Shown: piece after piece, positions 36,422 through 45,875 of the stretch
Numbering within the stretch: position 1 is the first letter of the stretch
Layout: each line of letters begins with the position of its first letter
The notes under the pieces: model-generated
The model's input: only the letters and a program-made list of their open reading frames with translations
Told to the model about the DNA's origin: nothing
Database searches by the model: none
Program-made: the position numbers and the translations under genes
Assembly: GCA_965217135.1 (NCBI GenBank)
Contig: OZ244249.1
Coordinates: 3,496,167-3,560,166, forward strand
Origin: Paracoccaceae bacterium
GTDB taxonomy: Bacteria > Pseudomonadota > Alphaproteobacteria > Rhodobacterales > Rhodobacteraceae
Length of the DNA: 64,000 bases
Direction: 5' to 3'

Positions 36422-37918
36422 TCAGCTCCCGTAGAGCGCACCCCAGCGTTCAATCAAGGCCTGCTGCATCTTCTTCGCCTTTCGGTTCCAGGCCCGTGCA
36501 CCTTGTGGCACCTCCCGGTCGGCTTTCTTGATCCGCGCGCGAATGGTCGTGTCGGCACTGAAAATGGCAAAGGCCAGTTCCGTTCCGTCAGCGGCGGTCA
36601 TGAATCCGCTCAGGCCCGAGACAAAATTCAACGTCCCGGTCTTGGCGTCCACCTTTATCGGGTGACCGGACACCACGCGCCCATTGGTGTCGCGCATCGG
36701 GACCTTCTTCATTAGCGGTCGCAGCACGCCGGTTTTGCGCGCAGCGACCAGCACGGCCAGCAGATCCTGCGGCGTCGTACGGGAGGCATCCCCCAGCCCA
36801 GAATGGTCCACGTATCGGCTGGCCTTGGTCCCATAAGCCTGCTGCGCCCAGCGGTTCATTTCCTGCGCGGACGCTTTCAGGCTTGAAGGCATCTTGCCTC
36901 TGGCCACTGTGGCGCTCAGCCCAACCATTTCAGCGGTCAGATTGTTGGAATACTTCATCATGTCCTTCAGGATGACATGCAGCGGCAGGCTTTCGTGCTG
37001 AGCCAGCACCCGTGCCTGCGCCGGCAGCGTCCGAACGGAAACCGCCTTTTTCAAAACGATGCCATTCACCCGCGCCATTGTCCGGAACACGTCACCTGCA
37101 TAATCTGCCGGACGCCGCACCGGCAACCAGCGCGCCCCGCCATTGCCCAGCGCCTTGCTGGCCACAGTCCAGTTGTCCACGCCATTACGGTCTTCATATG
37201 TGTAAACCGGCAGCTGGCGGTTGATGACCTTCATTTTGGCCATAGACACGTCCGGCCGGTATTCTTTGGTCCGCGCATCCATGGCAACCGCATAACCATT
37301 GCCAGCGCGTTTCCATTCAAAATGCACCCTGTTGAAGTTCAACGCCATGCCGCTGATCGTCGGGTTATAGCCCACGTGATCGGGCTGGTCCGGATCGATG
37401 CTGGCGATGGTCGGCAAAGCCCCGTCATAGACCTTGAATGCACCACGCACTTCACGCACGCCCGCGGCTTTCAGTTGACCCGCCAGTTTGGCCAGCATGG
37501 TGGTGTCCAGCAACGGATCCCCGCCCCCGGCCAGGATCAGGTCGCCCTGCAGGATCCCGTTGTTCAATGCCCCGGTGCCTACAATACGCGTCCGGTACCG
37601 ATGGTTTGGACCCAGCGTGTTCAACGCGTAAAGCGCGGTCATGGTCTTGGTCACACTGGCCGGTGGCAGAGCCGTGCTGCCTTGATATGCTTCCAGAACC
37701 AGCCCCGTTTCTACATCAGCAACAGCAAATGCAGCGTCCCCTGACAAACCGGATTTCTTGAAAACCGCTTCTGGCCCACCAAAGGCCTGTCGACGCATAT
37801 CTTCGCCGCGCTGGCGCGGACGCAGGGATGTCAGAGGCGCGCCGGCATAGGCGGCCCCATAAATGGTCGCTGCGCTCAAACCACCGAGCAGAAAACGTCG
37901 GGTCACCTGATGCGTCAT
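36422..37918 (-). CDS. dacB: D-alanyl-D-alanine carboxypeptidase/endopeptidase (PBP4, peptidase S13)
   Basis: Tat/Sec-like leader 'TRRFLLGGLSAATIYGAAYAG', active-site SxxK 'ASVTKTMTALYAL', then 'YSNN' and 'KTGTL' motifs. Confidence 0.85.
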   Translation of the reverse strand: MTHQVTRRFLLGGLSAATIYGAAYAGAPLTSLRPRQRGEDMRRQAFGGPEAVFKKSGLSGDAAFAVADVETGLVLEAYQGSTALPPASVTKTMTALYALNTLGPNHRYRTRIVGTGALNNGILQGDLILAGGGDPLLDTTMLAKLAGQLKAAGVREVRGAFKVYDGALPTIASIDPDQPDHVGYNPTISGMALNFNRVHFEWKRAGNGYAVAMDARTKEYRPDVSMAKMKVINRQLPVYTYEDRNGVDNWTVASKALGNGGARWLPVRRPADYAGDVFRTMARVNGIVLKKAVSVRTLPAQARVLAQHESLPLHVILKDMMKYSNNLTAEMVGLSATVARGKMPSSLKASAQEMNRWAQQAYGTKASRYVDHSGLGDASRTTPQDLLAVLVAARKTGVLRPLMKKVPMRDTNGRVVSGHPIKVDAKTGTLNFVSGLSGFMTAADGTELAFAIFSADTTIRARIKKADREVPQGARAWNRKAKKMQQALIERWGALYGS

Positions 37919-38085
37919 GACTGGCAAATATCCCATCCGTACGAATCGACACAAGCGTGCAATCCTGCAGGGATCCACAACCGTTGCAGATCATTCCCAA
38001 TTTCCCCTGTAAACGGCTGGTTTTCGTTATTATTGCTCACGTTCAGTGAAAACAGTTCTTCTGTTCCGCGCGCACTGTTTACGGG

Positions 38086-38700
38086 TCAGGACCGACTCGA
38101 TTTCCGCCACCCCCCGGCCTTCCGGATGGCCGAGGAGCTCTGTGCCACCATAGGCACATTCACAAAACACCAGGCCGGGGCGCTCGTATGCGCCAGAAAA
38201 TGGCTGGCCTGCCCGTCAATACGGTACTGACGATAGAGTCGTGCCGCAGGCGACATCCGGGCGGAAATCCGGTCTCCGGGCCGGGCCAGCACACCGATGG
38301 GAACCGCTTCGAATATACTTTGCCAGCTCCGCCAGTGATGAAATGACGCGAGATTGTCCGCCCCCATCAGCCAGACGAACCGAACACCCGGATACCGCAT
38401 GGTCAGCGCCGCAATTGTATCCGCTGTAGCCCGGGTGCCCAGTCGCGCTTCGATATCCGTAACGCTGACACGCGGGTGATCCATCATCGCCCGGGCCACT
38501 GTCAGCCGCTGCACCATCGGTGCGGGTCCTTGCGTTTTCAATGGGTTGCCCGGGCTGACCAGCCACCAGACGCGGTCCAGCCCAAATAGCTTCAACGCCT
38601 CGCGCGTGATGTGGACATGCCCCTCATGCGGCGGATCAAACGACCCGCCAAGCAACCCGACGCTCTGTCCAGGGCGCAGATATGGTAACCCATCCGCCAT
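38086..38700 (-). CDS. nadD: Nicotinate-nucleotide adenylyltransferase
   Basis: '[19 protein letters not shown]' is the (H/T)xGH nucleotidyltransferase motif, and 'SSSAIR' lies near the C-terminus. Confidence 0.85.
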   Translation of the reverse strand: MADGLPYLRPGQSVGLLGGSFDPPHEGHVHITREALKLFGLDRVWWLVSPGNPLKTQGPAPMVQRLTVARAMMDHPRVSVTDIEARLGTRATADTIAALTMRYPGVRFVWLMGADNLASFHHWRSWQSIFEAVPIGVLARPGDRISARMSPAARLYRQYRIDGQASHFLAHTSAPAWCFVNVPMVAQSSSAIRKAGGWRKSSRS

Positions 38701-38826
38701 GCCCGCCCCCTTGCACATAAACGCGGGCGGAAATCAATCTGCGCTTCGTGTTTCACGCCTGTGTTGCCCCGCCCTGCAGCCTTGGCTATCTAACGTCGAA
38801 ACACGTTACGCCCGAGGACATCCACC

Positions 38827-40482
38827 ATGGCCGCCTATCAGTACGTCTACCACATGCAAGGGGTCTCCAAGACCTATCCCGGTGGCAAGAAATGCTTCGA
38901 AAACATCCACCTCAGCTTCCTGCCGGGCGTGAAGATTGGTGTCGTTGGCGTCAACGGCGCCGGTAAATCGACGCTGATGCGGATCATGGCGGGGCTCGAC
39001 ACCGATTTCACGGGCGAGGCCTGGTCGGCCGAAGGCGCCAAAGTGGGCTACCTGCCGCAGGAACCACAGCTGGATGAAACCCTGAACGTGCGCGAAAACG
39101 TCATGCTGGGCGTGGCCGCAAAAAAGGCCAAGCTGGACCGGTTCAACGAACTGGCCATGAACTATTCCGACGAAACTGCAGACGAAATGGCGCAGCTGCA
39201 GGATCAGATTGACGCCGAAAACCTGTGGGATCTCGACAGCCAGATCGACGTGGCGATGGAGGCCCTGCGCTGCCCGCCGGATGAGGCGGAGGTCAGCACA
39301 CTCTCGGGCGGGGAACGCCGCCGCGTGGCGCTGTGCAAGCTGCTGCTCGAAGCGCCCGACATGCTGCTTTTGGACGAACCGACCAACCACCTGGATGCGG
39401 AAACCATAGCTTGGCTGCAGCAGCACCTGATCGAATACAAGGGCACGATCCTGATTGTCACCCACGACCGCTACTTCCTGGACGACATCACCGGCTGGAT
39501 CCTCGAACTGGATCGCGGCCGGGGCATTCCGTACGAAGGCAACTATTCCAGTTGGCTGGAGCAGAAGGCCAAGCGGCTGGAGCAGGAAGCCCGCGAAGAC
39601 AAGTCGCGCCAAAAGACGCTGGAACGCGAACTGGAATGGATGCGGCAAGGCGCCAAGGCCCGGCAGGCGAAATCCAAGGCCCGGATCGCGGCCTACGAGG
39701 ATCTGGCCAACCAGTCCGAACGCGAAAAGATCACCCGCGCGCAGATCGTCATTCCGCGTGGGCCGCGTCTGGGCTCCAAGGTGATCGAGGTGGACGGCCT
39801 GGCCAAGCATATGGGCGATAAACAGCTCATCGAGGATCTGTCCTTCTCCCTGCCCCCCGGCGGTATTGTTGGTGTCATAGGGCCCAACGGCGCGGGCAAA
39901 TCTACGCTGTTCAAGATGCTGACCGGACAGGAAGCGCCCGATAGCGGCGCCATCGAGCTGGGTGACACAGTGCAGCTGGCATATGTCGACCAATCGCGCG
40001 ACGATCTTTCGGCTGGCGATACCGTGTGGGAGGCCATTTCTGGCGGGGCTGAGGTGATCGAACTGGGCGACGCGCAGATGAACTCGCGCGCCTATTGTTC
40101 GGCCTTCAACTTCAAGGGCGGGGATCAGCAAAAAAAGGTCGAGCTACTTTCCGGTGGGGAACGCAATCGGGTCCATATGGCACGGCTGCTGAAGGAAGGC
40201 GGCAACGTCATTCTGCTCGACGAACCGACCAACGATCTGGACGTGGAAACGCTGCGGGCGCTGGAAGACGCGCTGGTTGATTTCGCGGGCTGCGCCGTGG
40301 TGATCTCGCACGACCGGTTTTTCCTGGACCGCATCTGCACGCATATCCTCGCTTTTGAAGGCGATGCGCATGTGGAGTGGTTCGAGGGCAACTTCGAGGA
40401 TTACGAAGAGGACAAAAAGCGTCGGCTGGGGCCAGATGCTTTGGAGCCGAAGCGGTTGAAACACAAGAAGTTCAGCCGGTAG
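38827..40482 (+). CDS. ettA: Energy-dependent translational throttle protein EttA (ABC-F)
   Basis: 'MAAYQYVYHMQGVSKTYPGGKKCFENIHLSFLPGVKIGVVGVNGAGKSTLMRIMAG'. It has two ABC cassettes with an interdomain linker, is 551 aa long, and has no TM domain. Confidence 0.9.
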   Translation: MAAYQYVYHMQGVSKTYPGGKKCFENIHLSFLPGVKIGVVGVNGAGKSTLMRIMAGLDTDFTGEAWSAEGAKVGYLPQEPQLDETLNVRENVMLGVAAKKAKLDRFNELAMNYSDETADEMAQLQDQIDAENLWDLDSQIDVAMEALRCPPDEAEVSTLSGGERRRVALCKLLLEAPDMLLLDEPTNHLDAETIAWLQQHLIEYKGTILIVTHDRYFLDDITGWILELDRGRGIPYEGNYSSWLEQKAKRLEQEAREDKSRQKTLERELEWMRQGAKARQAKSKARIAAYEDLANQSEREKITRAQIVIPRGPRLGSKVIEVDGLAKHMGDKQLIEDLSFSLPPGGIVGVIGPNGAGKSTLFKMLTGQEAPDSGAIELGDTVQLAYVDQSRDDLSAGDTVWEAISGGAEVIELGDAQMNSRAYCSAFNFKGGDQQKKVELLSGGERNRVHMARLLKEGGNVILLDEPTNDLDVETLRALEDALVDFAGCAVVISHDRFFLDRICTHILAFEGDAHVEWFEGNFEDYEEDKKRRLGPDALEPKRLKHKKFSR

Positions 40483-40922
40483 GACAGGATTAACCCCGGC
40501 ATTCCGAAATCAAAGAACGGTGGGCTTAAGCTCATCCGACGCAGGGCCATGGTGAAGCGCACTGTGCTTGCATCCCGGTGGTTGGGCCAGAGATATAGGC
40601 CCAAAACCTCTTCCCCCCTTTCAGGAACTGTTTGCGCAAGGGGTCCGGATTGGCCTGCAAATGGCCAATGGTGCCTCGGGTATCTTCCAGCAGGTCGGTG
40701 TCGCTAAACCACGGCAGTCTGTCGAACATCACCATGTTCATGATCATCGGACACTCTCCACATTGTCATTAGAGTAGCATCACTGACTGGTACGCCAGCC
40801 CGCACCCGCACGGCCATATAGGGCAACATAGCCGCACGCCTACAACATGCAGTTGACCGGCCCCAGTCGATGCGGTAAGTGCGAACTACAGGTGCATAGA
40901 CGCGGTAAGCATCACTGACGAA

Positions 40923-40960
40923 GGGCCCGGTTGTTCATGGCAACCGGGCCCGTTTCGTTT
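40923..40960 (+). terminator. Rho-independent-terminator-like hairpin
   Basis: Perfect 11-bp stem GGGCCCGGTTG / CAACCGGGCCC with loop ttcatgg, followed by GTTTCGTTT. It lies in the long non-coding stretch about 440 nt downstream of ettA. Confidence 0.45.
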
Positions 40961-41442
40961 CGGCCCACATCCAACGTGATAAGTCAGTGGGGAACGGGAA
41001 AAGGCGTCAGGTGCTCAGACGCGGTCCTTGCATTGCGCCCGAAGACACATCCCTGACGCCTTCCCGACTCGGTCCGGCCTTGCGGCCATTCCGACCCGGT
41101 TTGCAGCAGGTCCGAGGACCCACCACCATTCCGCCCTTCGAATGAAGGTCGAAACTGCCACGATCACCCGAAAGTGTCCGCAGCTGGCCTGTTGCATCCG
41201 AGAATGCCCCACGACCCCGCACCAACCACATTTTCCGATCCGACCGACCCCTAAGGGTCTGCCACCCGTCAAACCACCGAACCTCCACGTTGCGACCCAT
41301 GCCCGAAGGCTTGTTTCACTGCGCTTCGGCCCTGTTCGGCCTGTGCGTCCCGCTCCTGATCTTGCGATCTCTTGCGGTGACTTCAGCTTCACAATTCCGT
41401 GCCTTTCGGGCAAGAAAATAGCACTGCAGCATGAAAATTTCT

Positions 41443-41486
41443 TGGGGATAACTTGTTGATACCGCTGGGGGTTTTGCTGTGGATAA
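41443..41486. promoter_or_regulatory. Pair of DnaA-box-like sites (TGGGGATAA 41443-41451, TGTGGATAA 41478-41486)
   Basis: The second site is the exact reverse complement of the consensus TTATCCACA. The first is 8/9. Both have the same orientation, sit 35 bp apart, and lie in the AT-richest part of the 1.25-kb non-coding region. Weaker 6/9 matches occur at about 41526 and 41583. Confidence 0.35.
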
Positions 41487-41730
41487 GCCGAAATAGATTG
41501 TCCGAACAAGTACCTGCCCTGTGGCAGTGGAAACTTCCCAAAAAACGGCTGTAAGCGCGCTGTTTCTGCGCCCGCGAAGGCTGTTTCCACCCGGCGCGCG
41601 CCCGAATCATGGGCTTTCACTGCCCACCACCCAAGGGCGCGATTCGATTGAAGCCGGAGCATTCCCTGTTTGGCTTGTTTTTCACATTCCTACGGTCGTA
41701 AGCTAGCGCATCAAGCTTTCGGACACGGGT

Positions 41731-42618
41731 ATGGTCACCGCCACTTTTTCCGGCCGCCAGCAGGATAACCTGCGTGGCATCTTCTTTATGCTGTTGGGTT
41801 TCTTTGTTTTTTCGATGGCGGATTCAATCGCCAAATACCTGACGGCCTACTACCACCCCACCCAAATTGTCTGGACCCGGCAGCTAGGCATCACCCTGGG
41901 CGTGGTCGTTTTGATTGGTATGAAGGGCCCGCAGATCCTGCGCAGCGCGGCCCCTGGGCTACAGATTGGCCGCGGCCTGTGCGCCATTGTGTCGGCATTG
42001 TCCTTTGTGGTTGCCTTGCGACATGTGCCGCTGGCCATGGCAGTGGCCGTGTCCTTCGTCGCACCTTTCATGGTTACTATGCTCGGCGCTTTACTGCTGC
42101 GCGAACAGGTCGGTATCCGGCGTTGGACCGCCATCGCTATAGGGTTCCTAGGCACTCTGGTTGTGATCCGACCAGGGTTCGATACGCCACACCCGGCCAT
42201 TCTGTTCGTGATCCTGGCCGCCTTTGCTTTTGCCCTGCGGCAGATCCTGTCGCGCTATCTGGGCAATCGGGACCGGACCGAAACCACAATGGCCTACACC
42301 GCCCTTACCACGATCGCCTTGCTCGCCCTGCCTTTGCCATTCTTTTGGGCGGAACCACAATCTTGGAGCCATGTCGGAGCCATGGCCGCCATGGCGCTTT
42401 TGGCGGGGTTCGGCGAATACATGGTGATCCGCGCATTGGAGATCGCATTGGCCGTTGTTGTCGCGCCAATGCAATACGCGATGATCATCTTCAGTTCTAT
42501 TTGGGGCTTTCTGCTGTTTGGGCACATCCCCGACATCTGGACCTGGGTCGGGTCCGCAATCATCATCGCGTCTGGCCTGTACATGATGAGGCGAGAGGCG
42601 CGCCGATCCAAAGGCTGA
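41731..42618 (+). CDS. DMT-superfamily (EamA-like) transporter
   Basis: 295 aa with 10 predicted TM helices in two EamA-like halves. Confidence 0.8.
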   Translation: MVTATFSGRQQDNLRGIFFMLLGFFVFSMADSIAKYLTAYYHPTQIVWTRQLGITLGVVVLIGMKGPQILRSAAPGLQIGRGLCAIVSALSFVVALRHVPLAMAVAVSFVAPFMVTMLGALLLREQVGIRRWTAIAIGFLGTLVVIRPGFDTPHPAILFVILAAFAFALRQILSRYLGNRDRTETTMAYTALTTIALLALPLPFFWAEPQSWSHVGAMAAMALLAGFGEYMVIRALEIALAVVVAPMQYAMIIFSSIWGFLLFGHIPDIWTWVGSAIIIASGLYMMRREARRSKG

Positions 42619-42620
42619 GC

Positions 42621-43859
42621 TTAGCCCCTGCCCATCAGGTCTCGCGCCACGTCTTCGCGGACGGTTCCCGCCTCGATCATCGCACGGGCGATCCTGTCAA
42701 TCTCATCCCCTGTGGCTCCAATAGCGATGGCCACGTTGCGGGCGTGCAGGCTCATGTGCCCACGCTGAATGCCTTCGGTGGCCAGTGCGCGCAGGGCCGA
42801 GAAGTTCTGCACCAGCCCCACAGCCGCCATGACGCGCCCCAACCGGTCGGCGTTGGTTGCCCCCATGATGGCCAGTGCAGCCTGTGCGGTAGGATGCGCG
42901 CGGGTGGCACCGCCAACGATGCCCACCGGCATGGGCAGTTCAATTTCACCCAGCAGATCGCCTTCGGGCGTTTTGGAATAGCGGGTCAACGGGCCATACC
43001 CATCCTGCGCAGCAAAGGCATGTGCGCCCGCCTCGAGAGCGCGGGTGTCGTTGCCCGTAGCAAGCCCGACGGCGCTGATGCCGTTCATGATGCCTTTGTT
43101 ATGCGTCGCGGCACGATACGGGTCGGCATCGGCGAAAGCCCAGGCCGAAATGATGCCATTCACGGTGTCCGGCCCAATCACCGAAGCCGGCCATATTGCC
43201 CGCGCCCGCACCAGCCGACGATCGGCAAGGTTGGACAAGATTTTCAGGCCGACGGTGCCGCCTGTCAGTTCTTCCAGCCAGGGAGCGATCTTTTCAGCCA
43301 TGGTGTTGACCGCGTTGGCCCCCATCGCATCGCGTACATCGACGATCAGATGCACCACCAGAAACGGGCCTGCGATTCGCACTTCGAGGTCACGGAATCC
43401 GCCGCCCAGGCTGACCAGCATCGGGTCGCAGACATTGCACAGCTCTGCAATTTCTTCGGCACGAGAGGCGACCAGCGCCTGCGCTGCCGGCAAATCCTGC
43501 AAGCCGACCACCTGGACCTGCGCAATCATGCAGGGATCATCGGCTTCGGTGGTAATTCCGCCCGAATCCCGACAGGCTCGGGCGCCATTACACACAGCAG
43601 CCACGACAGAGCTTTCTTCGGTTGCCAGCGGTGCCAACACATCCTGACCGTCTACGGTCAGGTTGGTGGCTACGCCCAAGGGCACTGACATCACGCCGAT
43701 CACGTTTTCAGACAGATTGTCAGCCAGATCACCATCATGGGCCGCCGCCGCGGCCAGATGGGCCGCCTGCTCTGCTGTCAGATCACTGACCTCCGCGATA
43801 CGGGCCAACCTGTCTGCCCGGCTCAGATTGTGGAAACCGGGCAGTCGGGAACTCGTCAT
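42621..43859 (-). CDS. Class II hydroxymethylglutaryl-CoA reductase homologue (degradative type)
   Basis: 'LSENVIGVMSVPLGVATNLTVDGQDVLAPLATEESSVVAAV', 'DVRDAMGANAVNTMAE', 'ATHNKGIMNGI' and 'PVGIVGGATRAHP' correspond to the Glu/Asp/Lys/His catalytic blocks of class II HMGR. A GGAGG RBS lies 6 nt before the ATG. Confidence 0.85.
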   Translation of the reverse strand: MTSSRLPGFHNLSRADRLARIAEVSDLTAEQAAHLAAAAAHDGDLADNLSENVIGVMSVPLGVATNLTVDGQDVLAPLATEESSVVAAVCNGARACRDSGGITTEADDPCMIAQVQVVGLQDLPAAQALVASRAEEIAELCNVCDPMLVSLGGGFRDLEVRIAGPFLVVHLIVDVRDAMGANAVNTMAEKIAPWLEELTGGTVGLKILSNLADRRLVRARAIWPASVIGPDTVNGIISAWAFADADPYRAATHNKGIMNGISAVGLATGNDTRALEAGAHAFAAQDGYGPLTRYSKTPEGDLLGEIELPMPVGIVGGATRAHPTAQAALAIMGATNADRLGRVMAAVGLVQNFSALRALATEGIQRGHMSLHARNVAIAIGATGDEIDRIARAMIEAGTVREDVARDLMGRG

Positions 43860-43886
43860 TGCAACCTCCGTTCAGGGTTGCGAGAT

Positions 43887-45782
43887 TTATGACGCTGGAT
43901 AGCCGAGAGTTGCAAGCGCCTCGCGGATTTCATCCAGGATTGCAGGGTCGTCTATGGTGGCGGGCATCTTGAAGTCCTGCCCATCGGCGATCTTGACCAT
44001 GATGGCGCGCAGGATCTTGCCGGACCGCGTCTTGGGCAGACGATCCACCACAACCGCCAGCTTGAACGCGGCAACCGGGCCGATCTGGTCGCGCATCAAC
44101 GCCACACATTCCTTTACGATGTCCGCATGCGGCCGGTTCACACCCTTGGTTAGACACAAAAAGCCCAAGGGCAATTGCCCTTTCAGATCATCCGCCACGC
44201 CTATCACGGCACATTCCGCAACATCAGGGTGGGAAGCCAGAACCTCCTCCATTGCGCCGGTGGACAGGCGGTGGCCCGCCACGTTGATGACGTCATCGGT
44301 GCGCGCCATGATGTAGAGGTAACCGTCTTCGTCGATCATCCCTGCATCGCCGGTTTCGTAATAGCCGGGAAATGTGGACAGATAGCTTTTCTTGAACCGC
44401 TCTTCCGCGTTCCAAAGGTTGGGCAGCGTCGCCGGCGGCAGCGGCAGTTTGATCGCAATCGCGCCCAGCTCGCCCACAGCAACGGGATTGCCGCCTTCGT
44501 CGAGAATCTGCACGTCATAGCCCGGCATCGCCACGGTGGGCGATCCGATCTTGACCGGCAGCGCTTCGATCCCGGCGGGGTTGCCCGCGATGGTCCAGCC
44601 GGTTTCGGTCTGCCACCAATGGTCATAGACCGGCACGCCAAGCAGGTCCTGCGCCCAGACAATGGTGTCCGGATCCGCCCGTTCGCCCGCAAGGTACAGC
44701 GCCCGCAGGCAACTCAGGTCGTATTTCTTGCGGAACTCACCCTTGGGATCTTCCCGTTTGATCGCGCGGAACGCTGTCGGCGCGGTGAAGAAGCTGCGCA
44801 CGTTATGCTCGGAAATCACACGCCAGAAGGTACCTGCATCCGGCGTGCCAATTGGTTTGCCTTCGAACACAACAGTTGTATTGCCATGGATCAGCGGTCC
44901 ATAGCAGATATAGCTGTGGCCAACGACCCAACCTACATCGGACGCGGCCCAGAATACATCGCCCGGATCGACGTTGTAGATATTCTTCATCGTCCAGTTC
45001 AGCGCCACCAGATGACCTGCAGTTGGCCGCACAACACCCTTTGGCGCACCGGTGGTGCCAGAGGTGTAGAGCACATAGGCCGGGTGATTGCCTTCAACCG
45101 GCACACAGTCAGCCGGGGCCACGCCGTCCTGCGCGGCGTACCATTCCACGTCACGGCCTTCGACCAGCTCGGCCACGGCCTCTTCCCGTTGGAAGATGAT
45201 GCAGAACTCAGGCTTGTGCTTCGATAGTTCGATTGCCCCATCATAGAGCGGCTTGTAGTCCACCACGCGCCCCGGCTCGATCCCACAGGACGCGGCAATG
45301 ATGGCCTTGGGTTTGCAATCATCGATACGGACGGCCAGTTCGTGGGCGGCAAACCCGCCAAAGACCACGGAATGCACGGCGCCCAGACGCGCACAGGCCA
45401 GCATCGCCTCCAGCGCCTGCGGCACCATCGGCATGTAAATGATCACCCGGTCACCTTTTTCGATGCCCTTGGCGGCCAGCGCCCCGGCCAGCGACGCAAC
45501 GCGGGTCTGCAGATCAGCGAAGGTGATCTTTTCCTGCGTGCCGGTAATTGGGCTATCATAGATGATGGCCAGACGGTCACCATTGCCTGCTTCGACATGC
45601 CGGTCTACGGCGTTGTAGCAGCCATTCACCTTGGCATCGGTAAACCATTCATAAAGTGGGGCGTTATCGTCGTTCAGCGCGCGGCTGGGTTTTTCGACCC
45701 AGTCGATGGCTTCGGCCGTTTCCATCCAAAACGCTTCGGGATCGGCCTTCCAGCCTTCATAGACCTTGCTGTACGACATCAT
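43887..45782 (-). CDS. prpE: Propionate--CoA ligase-like acyl-CoA synthetase (AMP-forming)
   Basis: 'MMSYSKVYEGWKADPEAFWMETAEAIDW...' and the AMP-binding motif 'LYTSGTTGAPKGVV'. About 630 aa, typical of PrpE/Acs. A GGAGGAGAAT RBS lies before ATG 45782. Confidence 0.8.
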   Translation of the reverse strand: MMSYSKVYEGWKADPEAFWMETAEAIDWVEKPSRALNDDNAPLYEWFTDAKVNGCYNAVDRHVEAGNGDRLAIIYDSPITGTQEKITFADLQTRVASLAGALAAKGIEKGDRVIIYMPMVPQALEAMLACARLGAVHSVVFGGFAAHELAVRIDDCKPKAIIAASCGIEPGRVVDYKPLYDGAIELSKHKPEFCIIFQREEAVAELVEGRDVEWYAAQDGVAPADCVPVEGNHPAYVLYTSGTTGAPKGVVRPTAGHLVALNWTMKNIYNVDPGDVFWAASDVGWVVGHSYICYGPLIHGNTTVVFEGKPIGTPDAGTFWRVISEHNVRSFFTAPTAFRAIKREDPKGEFRKKYDLSCLRALYLAGERADPDTIVWAQDLLGVPVYDHWWQTETGWTIAGNPAGIEALPVKIGSPTVAMPGYDVQILDEGGNPVAVGELGAIAIKLPLPPATLPNLWNAEERFKKSYLSTFPGYYETGDAGMIDEDGYLYIMARTDDVINVAGHRLSTGAMEEVLASHPDVAECAVIGVADDLKGQLPLGFLCLTKGVNRPHADIVKECVALMRDQIGPVAAFKLAVVVDRLPKTRSGKILRAIMVKIADGQDFKMPATIDDPAILDEIREALATLGYPAS

Positions 45783-45875
45783 ATTCTCCTCCGACGGCAA
45801 TGCCCGAGTGTTACGGATCAGGAGCCGAACAATGCAAGCGCCGCTAATAACGTAGCGTCAGATTATCGCAACAAA

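Noticed and set aside
38747-38805. 8-bp inverted repeat CGTGTTTC...GAAACACG in the ettA 5' region as a regulatory leader
   Set aside because: The stem is short with a 43-nt spacer, and it matches no known element that I can name. It could be chance, so I did not report it as a feature.
40532-40747. 71-aa minus-strand ORF (MIMNMVMFDRLPWFSDTDLLEDTRG...)
   Set aside because: The first half looks vaguely protein-like, but the ORF is short with no recognisable family, no clear RBS, and a C-terminal half of poor quality. I cannot support calling it a gene.
41405-41600. Firm call of the chromosomal replication origin (oriC)
   Set aside because: Only one perfect and one near-perfect DnaA box are present. 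No CtrA sites, no obvious AT-rich 13-mer-like unwinding repeats, no flanking hemE/dnaA-type marker genes and no strand-bias switch are visible in this window. I kept it as a hypothesis in findings, not as a feature call.
41015-41662. 215-aa minus-strand ORF and 143-aa plus-strand ORF (41028-41459) in the long non-coding region
   Set aside because: Both translations are low-complexity (R/G/P/A/W-rich), have no motifs and overlap each other. Neither has a convincing RBS. I treat the region as non-coding.
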